64,000 nucleotides of DNA, taken from positions 5,704,001 through 5,768,000 of the forward strand of contig CM035361.1 of assembly GCA_020137815.1 (NCBI GenBank). The letters are read 5' to 3'. This DNA is from Hormiphora californensis. Taxonomy: Eukaryota > Animalia > Ctenophora. The translations under genes were made by a program, and so were the position numbers. Of the stretch, positions 27,201 to 37,588 are shown one piece after another. The stretch's first letter is position 1. Each line of letters starts with the position of its first letter. The notes under the pieces were generated by a model. That model worked only from the letters and a program-made list of their open reading frames with translations, had not been told where the DNA came from and searched no databases.

Positions 27201-30200
27201 CTATGGTATACTTCATCCCCTACTGCAACACCTCGTGGCATGAACTCCCAGTACAACCGCCAGAGGAAGTGGACAAGATTTGGACAATTGGAAAGACAAA
27301 TACCTCCCTCAACATAGAGTGCAATGGGGTGGAGGTTCTAAACTACCAGTTCAATGACAGTAGCAACAGTGACTGTGTGCCAAAGTGGGGAGGAGATGTG
27401 GAGAAGATAATATTTCCCAACTCTGACACCGCATCTGACAGCTACCTTGCAAAACCACTAGGTAATGAAGATTGAAAGAGTGATCAATAGCTGCTGCAGC
27501 TGTTTTTGATTTATAGCCTGGTATCTCAAATATTTCAAAAACATTTCTTTCCGCCAGCGTGCCCTGGGTTTACCGTGGACGGATCAGTGCAAGGAAGTTG
27601 GAACGATACAGATCCAGGAGAGACAGTGACCATCAACTGTCAGAAGAAGCACGTGCAAGAAGGTAGCTCTGAGAGGACCTGTGATGACGACGGAGATTGG
27701 ATTGAAGATGTTCCTCTCTGCAGGAAACTGAGTGAGTATATAATACTTGTTTCTGGGGAATGATCATTTGGCAGGTATCAAAATATGGGATGGCATGATT
27801 GATTAAATGCCGATTAAATAAGATAAGGGGATAAGCCATTATATTTAAATGCTAAAAAGTTGGGCAACTTTTTGGCAAATGGCAAGATCTGAATTTTAAT
27901 TGTTCATACTTTTTTATTCTAACGGACACAGTGTCAGGCGACTCAACTCTGTATGGGGAGGGGACTGGGGAGCCTTCTATTTGTTTGAAACACACCCTGC
28001 AACTGAAATCAAACAAACAAAAAACAAACAAAAAAAACAAACAAACAAACAAACAAACAAACAAACAAACAAACAGACAGACAGACAGACACCCAAACCA
28101 ACAAATATCCAAACAAACAAACAAATAACCAAACACTCAAACAGACAAACAGACACGTACCCTAAATGTAAACTCCTGACTTTGTTTTCCTAACAAATCA
28201 TCCTCTCCCTCTGACACAGTGGTGTATGTATGGAGGTGGAAGAACATGCACTTCCCATCAGTTTGTGTAGGGGCTTCAGCTGAGAACCTTTTAGCACCTG
28301 GAGAGAGGGGGGGTTGTTGATGTTTACAAGAGGAGAGTTTTATGGGGTTGGGGGCTTCAGTTGAGAAACTCTTACTACGTAGGATAGGGGAGTTGTTGAG
28401 TAAGGGGTGTGGGGTAGTTGTAAATGTTCTAGCCCTCATTTACAAAATCTGCTGTCGTGGGATGCAGTGAGATCAGCTAGGGTCGCAAGCAGTGAAGGGG
28501 GAGTTGTATCACACGTTTGGGAAAATGACATGGGGAGGTTGGGATGGGGAGCAGAGATAAATCGTCATCGGCTTATCCGAGAGGCGCTGGTCTCAAGCAA
28601 TTTGAGCGGTTTCTTCGTTTCCGAGGAACGATGGGTCATCATCAACAACAAGTTTGTGTTTTGTTATATTCCCCCCTAACAATATGATAATTTTATAACT
28701 GTACCTTTATCCTTGTCACATGAGAAGATTTGATAGAGGTGAGGATCAATCCGACAAAACTGGGTACTCCACTTCTGCTTCTTTATCGTCTTTGCAACCT
28801 ATAGGTAATTAATTAATTAATTAAGTATCCTTGCAGTAGATTCAGTTTAAAATTACAAATTAAAATACAGATTCATAGCCCCCCCCAGGAGAATTTTCCA
28901 TATATTATATTGGCTTGTATTGGTGCTGTTTCAAACCTGTTACCATTCACGCGATCTGCCCGGTAATTAATCACGAGGTAATTATAACCTAAAGTTTAAT
29001 TATATCTACCTTTGCTGGGGCGTTAGGCATGATATAAGGTCCCTTCTTAATGACACCATACACAGGGGCAATTCCTGTGAGATCTACGGAAACTGGTACT
29101 GCCTCATCCTCAGTCCTAAATTGGAGAGGAGGAGTTAGAGTTGTAATAATATTAAGTGAGAAAGAGAAGTTAACGAAGTAAACCAAGTATAGCTGCCAGT
29201 AAGTATATATAAGTACAGTTTTTCCTGTAGTGGTCCTGCAGTAGTACAGTGTTGTAGTAGTACAGTACTAAAGCAAAAAACATGACAAAAAGTGTTGTTT
29301 TACTCACGGTTCTTCCTCCGCAGGTTCCTCTTCCACCTCCTGAACAGCTTCTTCTTCTACCTCCTGGACAGCTTCCTCCTCCTCTTCCTCAGCAGGCTCC
29401 GTCACTACAATCTCAACAGGCTCTTCAACAGGTTCTGCAATCGGTGCTGGTTCTGGTTCATCCTCTGTCACTGGTGTTACCTCCTGCTCTTCTGTGATTG
29501 GTGCTGGTTCTGGTTCTTCAGCCGGGGCAGGTTCAGGTGAGACAGCTGGGAGCTCTCCAGCTAGCGCTGAAATAGTGTGGTTCAATTTGAAGTAGCGCTG
29601 AAATAGTGTGTTTCAATTGGAAGTAGTGCTGAAATAGTGTGTTTCAATTGAAGTAGTGCTGAAATTGTTTGTAGGGGCAGGCCCAGGGGGGGGGGCGCGA
29701 GGGTCCTATAATTAACTAAATGGGGGCGAGGGGGGAGGTCCAAGGGAGGGGGACGTCCCCGGGACGGGGTGAGGGTCCTACTCACTAAATGGGGGGGGGG
29801 GGATGGGCCCCGGGATAGGCCAATGGTGATGGTGATACAGTCGGACCCCGATTTAACGGCCCCCGATTTAGCGGCACCCCGATTTAACGGCAGGATAAAT
29901 TTCCCCCAAAACCACGTCCGAATCGTGTTTCGAATCGGTGCATCTTATTGCATGTCTTGCCGGTAATTAGACGTTTCGAAACGAACAGATATGTGATCCC
30001 CATGAGGCCCATCGAATCGCAATTTTGACGCTTGTTAAACTGGCCTCATGGGGATCACGTATCGGTTCGTTTCGAACCGTCTAATTAGCGACAGGACGTG
30101 CGATAAGATGCACTGATTCGAAACACGATTCGGACGTGGTTGAGTTACCTTTGAAAAATTTTCATGACTTTTTTTTTGCAAAATTTTACAGAATGATTGT

Positions 30201-32355
30201 CAATGCTTTGATCGGTGCTCTCCATGAATTTTATAATAATAATAATAATAATATCCGTACTTATATACACGCTCATACCACGTAGGTTACCAGAACTAAA
30301 AAAACTAGTAAACTACACGGCAATCAGAGCGGTTTACCATTGCAAACATAACTATAGTCTTAAAAATGAATAAAATGTTCTAAATCCCATCTAAATGTCC
30401 GGTGCTCTGATGCCCAAAAGTCCAGTTCAAAACCTAACTTAATTTGTAAATACACAAACTCAAACACAGCAGTCTCGTACTGTCTCTCACACTTCCTCCA
30501 CCTTGCCCCCTCGAATGCCAAATGTCTTCCCCGGCTCCGCCTCCTTCCTCTCCTTCAGCGCTACCACCAGCTTCCTCCTCTCCTCTCTCTCCTCCGGAGA
30601 ACGGTCAGGGGAAATATAGACATTTTTGTGCCTATCAGAGTTTTTCAGAGATTTCTTACTGGATAGTATTTGATCTCGGAAGTCTTTGCCACATAAACGT
30701 AGCTTTACAGGCCGGTCAGAGCCATCCTTATACTTCCCAAGTCGCTTCATACTGGAAATACCAGTAATACAAGCATCCATACTGTTAAACACTCTCTTGA
30801 TCTCGCTCTCCAGATCCTGATCGTTCTCAAGCTTGTCATCAAACAGACCGTGAACAATAACATTGCTCGTCCTGTCCTCTGTCGCTACAGCAATAGCCTG
30901 ACGTACTCGCTGCGGTGCTAGGGCAGTCTCACAATTCTTCTGGAGAGCATTAGCAAATGATTTCATCTCCCTCTCAGCGGTAGTCTGCACAGCACTAATT
31001 TCAACGTCTCTCTTCTCCAACAGTTGACACTGTAGCTTAACTAAGCGGTCCTGTGCCTCAACTAACAAACGCTGTGCGGTGATCAGCTCCTCTTGGCAGT
31101 CAATGAATCTCCTCTCACACTCCTCAGTTTCAATAGAAAGCTTATCAATAGCTGGGTAACACCGCTCAACTAGCAAGCGACATGCCTTCTCTGCAAACTC
31201 AGCAAGTTCAGGTTTTCCCACTGCCTTGATCTTACTCTTACTAGGACACTTCAGATTGTCCCAGAAACAGGAAGCTGAACTAGCAGACCAATTCTTGGGG
31301 AAAGAATCTGCCTCCTTCACATGAACGAAAAGTTCTCGCACTAGGTCCACTACTTCACTCTGAACCTCACGGTATACCCCCTTTGTCACTCTTTCATCAC
31401 TGTTCACTCTGAGTCGGTTAGAAAAGCTACCACTCATGACAGGTGAGCACGAGGTGAGCACAGGGTGTTACAATTGGAGAGATGCTTGCAAACTTTACTG
31501 ATAAGGGAGGTCACAAAAACGACACAAAAGCTGCAACTGATATCTGAAAAAAAAAAAGGATCTGAAGAATTTTCAGAGAAAAATATTTTTTGAAATTCAA
31601 ATTCTTCCTCACCCCGCTTAAGGGTACGCTAACCAAAAATTTTTTTCGAGTGCAGGGAAATCTCTCACCGTAGGGTTGTAGGCCATGCCAAGGAGACCTC
31701 AAATATGCAATTTGAGCTCTCAAGTCGAATTCATATTTTTGCTACAGCTGCTTGAAAAATGAACTGAAAATAAGTTTTTGGCATCTTAAAAATACATTTG
31801 TATGGTATCACGTATCGGTTCGTCTAATTAGCAGCAAGACATGCGATGAGATGCATTGATTCGATAAACGATTCGGACGTGGTTGATATTGGTAGTACCT
31901 TAGAAAGTTTTTATAACTTATTTTGAAATTATTTTGAAACTACTTTCTTTTTCTAATCAGAAATGATCATGTAATCAATACATAGACATTGCATTTAACA
32001 CTTAGAGGTGTTTTAGTATAGCATTTTGGACAAAAATAGGGTTTTAGGGGCCAAATATGCTCTACCCCGATTTAACGGACACCCCGATTTAACGGACAAA
32101 ACCCTTTCCCCCGAGGGTGCCGTTAAATCGGGGTCCGACTGTATTTACTAAATGGGGGGGGGGGGGGGGGGGGGGGGGGGGGAGGTCCAAGGGAGAGGGG
32201 GTTCTACTAACTAAATGGGGGAGGTCCAAGGGGGGGGGGGGGGTGATGGTGGGGGGGTGTTTGATGATGGTGATCTTACCGGCTGCAACTTCCTCGGCTG
32301 GTTCATTCTTCAGATCCTTGTTCTTCTTCTTTCGGCCTGGTGCTTTTAACTTCAT
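15442..32355 (-). CDS. PH-domain + coiled-coil protein with Glu/Pro-rich N-terminus (~439 aa, 10 coding exons)
   Basis: Phase-consistent GT-AG exons 32355-32280, 29566-29308, 29115-29010, 28798-28705, 28297-28161, 18481-18361, 18068-17892, 17638-17534, 17341-17244 and 15588-15442 total 1320 nt. Start context ACCACCATG. PH signature IKKG..KQKWSTQFCRI..FHL..EFTFRV..VIFSTTTYEEREKWVKCIKR, then heptad-rich LRKLLTEQEAEISILEEELEK. Confidence 0.85.
15596..17200. repeat. G-rich minisatellite (GGGGTGTTAGAGA and variants) filling the last intron of the PH gene
   Basis: ~1.6 kb of 11-13-bp variant units with higher-order blocks, abutting the acceptor at 15589. Confidence 0.95.
18481..18692. repeat. ~40-bp tandem repeat containing the 3' splice site of a PH-gene exon
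   Basis: Unit cctg(g/c)gaagagttaattagaacattaattagaccttgta occurs ~6 times. The minus strand reads ..ctcttcccag|G. Confidence 0.85.
18941..20722. mobile_element. Two tandem diverged copies of an ~0.85-0.95-kb element, each starting with a long hairpin and ending at TA-rich microsatellite
   Basis: Hairpins at 18941-19151 and 19791-20154. Bodies 19150-19760 and 20090-20722 align, and both end gtgaagcgtctata. Confidence 0.75.
20757..22842. repeat. 660-bp tandem repeat (~2.4 copies); first copy interrupted by a 505-bp transposon
   Basis: Copies start at ~20757, 21927 and 22587. Offset 1170 = 660 + 505 + 5. Confidence 0.9.
21378..21882. mobile_element. Transib/RAG-like non-autonomous element (CACTATG termini, 5-bp TSD GCTTG)
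   Basis: TIR CACTATGTGGTCA. TSD at 21373-21377 and 21883-21887. The empty site with a single GCTTG is present in the neighbouring copy at 22543-22547. Confidence 0.9.
23970..24230. repeat. (GA)n microsatellite
   Basis: Direct reading. Confidence 0.95.
24701..27731 (+). CDS. Secreted modular protein: signal peptide + 3 x [~140-aa beta-rich domain + Sushi/CCP]; nested antisense in intron 5 of the PH gene; 3' end unresolved
   Basis: Phase-1 GT-AG exons 24701-24752 (MRSVVWLIMAVMFQWTT), 25237-25659, 25749-25925, 26132-26560, 26650-26826, 27036-27461 and 27558-27731. The ~900-bp module is triplicated together with its introns. Confidence 0.85.
28008..28155. repeat. (AAAC)n/(AGAC)n microsatellite
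   Basis: Direct reading. Confidence 0.9.
29838..32141. mobile_element. 2.3-kb pogo/Tc1-type TIR element (same TIR as the 3014 MITE, TA TSD) carrying a nested retroelement
   Basis: TA-CAGTCGGACCCCGATTTAACGG ... CCGTTAAATCGGGGTCCGACTG-TA. Confidence 0.85.
30487..31461 (-). CDS. Intronless LINE ORF1p-like protein (coiled coil + RRM-like + C-terminal domain) of an apparently ORF1-only retroelement
   Basis: 324-aa ORF (first ATG at 31437) with CR1/L2 ORF1 motifs NVIVHGL, RLGK..RPVKLRL and VYISPDRSPEERE.RRKLV..LK. About 230 bp of 3' sequence follows, then a (TAT)n tail at ~30233-30254. Confidence 0.75.
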   Translation of the reverse strand: MLTSCSPVMSGSFSNRLRVNSDERVTKGVYREVQSEVVDLVRELFVHVKEADSFPKNWSASSASCFWDNLKCPSKSKIKAVGKPELAEFAEKACRLLVERCYPAIDKLSIETEECERRFIDCQEELITAQRLLVEAQDRLVKLQCQLLEKRDVEISAVQTTAEREMKSFANALQKNCETALAPQRVRQAIAVATEDRTSNVIVHGLFDDKLENDQDLESEIKRVFNSMDACITGISSMKRLGKYKDGSDRPVKLRLCGKDFRDQILSSKKSLKNSDRHKNVYISPDRSPEEREERRKLVVALKERKEAEPGKTFGIRGGKVEEV

Positions 32356-32934
32356 GGTGGTAGCTGAGTCTAGAAACAGAGACATGGTGGTTGTTAATTT
32401 TTTTTTAAGTAATTGTGGTGATGGTACCGAACGAGGCTAGAGAGTTGTGTAATACAAAACATACTGCAGAACCGAATAGAAAGGTACAAATACTCGAATG
32501 CTGCTAACAATAATCAACTCCGGAGAAATTTAGCAACACGACTTTCGCAAAGACAGCTGCTGTCAGTGTCAGAGCATTGCATGGAAGTTGCTAGAAATTA
32601 AAGAGTTGCACTGACAGTTGATTACTGGATTATTTGTAGGCCGTATAGCTGAACTGATGAACTTCAATTAATTACCACACCTACTGCAGACAGGGGGACT
32701 ATTTGTCTTTTCTCTATCTATCTCTCTGTATCTATCTATCTTTCTCTCTATCTCTCTCTATCTCTCCCTCTCTCTATCTGTATCTCTCTTTCTAACATTG
32801 TTTATCATTCGCACAAGCTGAGCATGATAAATATTACCTAACGCGAACGGGAAAGTCATTATTATGGGCGGATTACAAAAATTTTTTGAATCATAAAAAC
32901 TATCCTAGGCGTGACAGGGCGAGATGACAAGACT

Positions 32935-33101
<167 letters not shown>

Positions 33102-33506
33102 AGAATCAGACAACAATATAACGAATAAAAGCACTATCACGAATCACAAATTCAGAGTTCTATATTGTGACATATGTTTGAAGCAGCATATGACTCACAC
33201 TGTAACACGAATGAACAGGCTCTGAAGCGCTAGGTTACAGCTGTTAAATGAGTTATGGAAAAAATGCAGAAAACAGTTATTTTAGAATGCTCCTCTTCAG
33301 AGGATATTCTGTGTATTTCTCGCCTTGAAGCTTCCTGCTACTACTTAGGGCTGACATGCCGTAGTAGTGAATGGGCGTTGGTTGTGTCCTAAAACCAGCC
33401 ATGTGTGAACTGTCGGGCGGCGCTGACCCGATCTGAGAGAATCAAAACGGGGTCTGGCGGCGCCAGACAGTGCGTGAAAAACTATTTTATGGTATTTATT
33501 AGGTGT

Positions 33507-33626
33507 CAGGAACCGACCGAAACAAGCAAACAACCAATCAGAACTCATTATTTAGGTCACGTGACTGGTTATAATAACTTTATCAGCCAATCAGGGACCA
33601 GTATTACCTGATTCGGTCGCTTCCTG
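33507..33626. mobile_element. hAT-type MITE (CAGGAACCGACCGA TIR, 8-bp TSD TTAGGTGT)
   Basis: TIR plus TSD on both sides. Family copies at 41387, 48575, 48714, ~51220, ~55810 and ~61950. Confidence 0.9.
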
Positions 33627-33932
33627 TTAGGTGTGAACCAAAAAATTTAACTAATGGTGTCTCGCGAGAAACTGATCTGGTATAGTAACACTCTTATCAG
33701 GCAACCTGAAAGCATTCTGCAGAGTGCAGCTGCATTGACTCAAACTCTGCACTGTATGCTTGCTGCTGCACAAGCCACAAAACTTATCACTAGGAGGGGG
33801 GCTTGCTACTGCACAAGCCACAATACTTGTCACTAGGGGGGGGGGGGACAGGAAAAACATCAACTATCAACTGGACGCATAAAACTGTTGTTGCACCGTC
33901 CGAGCTACACAATTAGACACCCGTTTTACTTT

Positions 33933-33963
<31 letters not shown>

Positions 33964-33982
33964 TGAGAGAGAGAGAGAGAGA

Positions 33983-34060
<78 letters not shown>

Positions 34061-34410
34061 AAAAGAGAGAGAGAGAGAGGCATGGACACGTTATACGTTG
34101 CATCCGACAATCGGAACATGCCTATACCGTACAGCTACCCTCTCTATCAGTTCTCTCTCTTCTTCTCCTCTCATGCCCTCTCTTTAAGCTATATTCTCTC
34201 TCTCGCTCTATCTCGCTGTCTCCCTTTAAGTCTCCCACCCTCTTTCTGTCTATCTTTCCATGTAATTGCATTGTGATAAAAATATTCCTGCGTCGTGACA
34301 ATGCTATTATTGCATTCATTCACAGCATAAAAAGCAGTTTGACCTACAATATTCCTGACTTTGAAACTTTCGTGAACAGAAAAAAAATGCTAATGTGTTA
34401 AAGAGAAAGC

Positions 34411-34494
<84 letters not shown>

Positions 34495-34584
34495 GAGAGA
34501 GGGAGAGAGAGAGACAGAGGAAAAAAGAAGAAACGTCAAAATCCTAGAGAAATATCTCTAGAAAAATATCCAAGTCTGACTTAC

Positions 34585-34673
34585 CACACCATTCGATCAG
34601 CAGCCGTACCTCGTTCCTTCACACTGCTCCACATCAGCTTCACATCAGCGAGGTCTATCGACTATCAAGATAC
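34585..34673 (-). other. Putative 5'-UTR exon of the PH gene (head-to-head with DCTN5)
   Basis: Flanked by cctttcag| and |gtaagt on the minus strand. Non-repetitive. Joining it to the acceptor at ~32370 gives an in-frame stop, so it would be non-coding. Confidence 0.4.
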
Positions 34674-35048
34674 CTGAAAGGAAGTACACAACAATAAATA
34701 TCAATTAAAGTAAAATAGATTGGAATCAGTTTACCGGAAAGTCCACAATTCTCACCCTAACATAATAATATTGTATTCAATTGACCCAATTATAAAACAT
34801 ACTGTACCCAATTATAAAACACACTACTATGCTTCCTGGAGCAGCTTGCTACACACACCCAGTCAATTAGCTTTTTCAGTGTGTCTTTTACAGTGTCGTG
34901 TACATATTGGTGAGCTAGTCGAGTTGTAATACACACATTGTGTTGTGTTATACCGGCCCTCTTGGTTGTGGGGGTAGGATGAATTGTATTGTAAAGTGCA
35001 ATATAGTTTCAGTTCTGCAATGGCCTTCTAAATTTAGTTTCTAAATTA

Positions 35049-35116
35049 CAGTCGGACCCCGATTTACCGGGCAAAACCCTTTCTCCCGAGCACCCCGGTA
35101 AATCAGGGTCCGACTG
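35049..35116. mobile_element. 68-bp minimal pogo/Tc1-type MITE, TA TSD
   Basis: TA-cagtcggaccccgatttaccgg...ccggtaaatcagggtccgactg-TA. Confidence 0.85.
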
Positions 35117-35169
35117 TAGTTTATTTTTTAATTTTTACCCCTATACTATTGATCCAGATCACAGATAAA

Positions 35170-36967
35170 ATGAGGGCAAGTTTCGATGTTGAAAGAGAGC
35201 AATGCACCTACCCGGCAGCAGAATACATCGTCACAGGTAATTCTGAATTAATTACATAACTAAATTAAGGTAATTATGTAATCAATTAAATCAATTTATT
35301 GGTGGAGCTGTTGACAGTTGTGTGATTATTCGGCTTGCCAACCTAGACTGCCTTTCGCAGGGCAGGGGTTGAACAAAACAACATTCAGCTTATGAAATTG
35401 ATTTAACCCCGTAATTTCTTGTTGACTTTGAGGGATACGATGGGATCTCAACCCCAAACAATTGCTAGTAGTCTAGTACCCATTTAAATTACACTAATCA
35501 CACTTATATTACAGCCACGGGTAACAAAGTATCCAGAAGAAGTGTTCTGTGTGGCTCTCAAAACATTGTAATCAGTGGCAAGACAATTGTCAAAGCAGGT
35601 ACACGATTTGCCAGAGAATCAATACATGGCATTTTACCCACAAGGACGCGGCTTGGTGAAGGAATTAGCTTGGCACAATTTTTCCCCAGACACACTGCTA
35701 ACATCCCTAATTGGAGCCTTTTAGCCTATAGCATCATAATGAATCCATATAATGAATTTAGGTTGTGTAATACGGGGTGACTTGGCCAACATAAAGCTGG
35801 GAAGATACTGCATTTTGGAGGATGGTTGTGTCGTCAGACCACCCTTCAAAAAGTTTATAAAAGGTGAGAAGAGATAAACTGAAAAATTAAAATTTAGTTT
35901 TCTTTTTTAAAAAAATCCAAATTAAATATTGTCCGGATCATTTGGTTGATTAGAATTTCTCACGTGAATTATTATATCTGTACAACCCTTGCCTAGCTAG
36001 ACTTTGTTTCGCGCAACCCGCCGCGAAACAAATGTAAAGGAGGGTTAGAACATAACAATACAACCCAGTGCAATAATAATCAAAAGTGACATTTCAGGGT
36101 GTGCCTTCTTCCCAGTTCAACTAGGAGATTTCTGTACAGTAGGAGAGGGAGTGGTCATGAACGCTGCTACCGTGGGAAACTTTGTTCGGTTTGGGAATAA
36201 CTGTTATATTGGTATGTACAACAAAAGTTTTTATGAAGGAGTACAGAAAATTTACTCCTTCATAAAAACTTTCTCTGGTTTCTATTATGGAACTTTGACT
36301 TTTATTTGGAGGAAAAATTTTATTTGGAGGAAAAATTCAAATAAAATATGGGCATACTCAAGCAGCTTTTTCAGAATTCCTCCCCTCCACGAATATGCCC
36401 AATATTAGGGGGAAGGTTTCATATACTTAGCTGGATTCTAACTGCAACACCCTATAATTACCCAGGAAAGAGGTGTGTGATAAAAGACTGTGTGGTTATT
36501 GATGAGGGGGCAGTTTTGAGGGATGACATGGTGCTCCCACCCTTCACACGGTGGGCAGGGTCACCAGCACAGATGGTTGAAGAGCTACCCGAGTCAATGG
36601 CTTATGTGAGTAGTACTGAGATGAGTTCGTTGTAGAAGCAACTAATTAGTGACTCATCCTCTATCATGAGAGAACTTTATCAACCATGCTTTCCACATTT
36701 TTCCGTTCTGTATATATTCTCGGAGTTGTTGAGGAGGGACTTTTCTCTCATCACCTTAATAACAATCTCCCCCAGGTTCTATCGGAGGATTCCATGGACC
36801 AATACGAGAAGTTTGTGCCAGTTGGACCGAGCGCTCCAGGGGGATGGGGTTCGGCAGTGAGAAAGATTAGTGTGGTGAAACGAATGAGTAGTATGGGGTC
36901 TACCCCTGCAGCTGCAGGGGCTGGACCACCACCAGCAGCAGCATCCAGTGCTGCACCGCCTAAATAA
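35170..36967 (+). CDS. DCTN5: Dynactin subunit 5 (p25)
   Basis: Exons 35170-35236, 35515-35598, 35762-35863, 36098-36211, 36466-36605 and 36776-36967. Reads [61 protein letters not shown], the p25 left-handed beta-helix signature. Confidence 0.96.
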
Positions 36968-37588
36968 ACTATGGAAACTGCAAGTGTACTGCTGCTGCAG
37001 CTGTGGTACTGTGTTATCTAGTTTTGACTTTTGAAGACAGTTTGAACTCGCATTTTGACACATGCTTACGGCGCGGTGTTCGACAATTTGAAGCTAAGAG
37101 GGCAATTTATTGGCGGAGTTTTCTATTACATATATCTTGATTAATCTGAAATTTCGTTAAACTTGAATTTATAAAAGTTTGTTTTTTAATTTGATTTTGC
37201 CCAAGGTGTTGAAATCTGCAAAAAAAATATGGATGGAATTCATGATATATTATCAATGTTTCATAAACTGACTTCTCTTACTGGCAGCAGTTGTAAACAA
37301 CTGATTATTATCGAATGCGTAGACTACTTCCCCCTACTGGATGTAATATGAGCGTGTATGCAGCTTGTGAGGCAGGAAGTAGAATAACCCACCCTGTAAG
37401 CTCTGTTTTGTTTCCGTTGGAATTGCCAGAGGTAGTATGCACTTCTGCTTGGGCTGGTTTCTCACAGGTGTTTGAGAATCTGAACCAGCCCAAACTTGAA
37501 TTGTTCATGCATGAGGCTACTCAAAGTTTAGTTTTCAAAGTGAAAGTAGGATCTTTTGATTTGTTTTATTCCAACTAGGCGACAAGTG

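Noticed and set aside
27932-28128. Possible terminal exon of the nested Sushi gene (SGDSTLYGEGTGEPSIC..)
   Set aside because: Weak acceptor context and it runs into an (AAAC)n tract, so it cannot be supported without cDNA.
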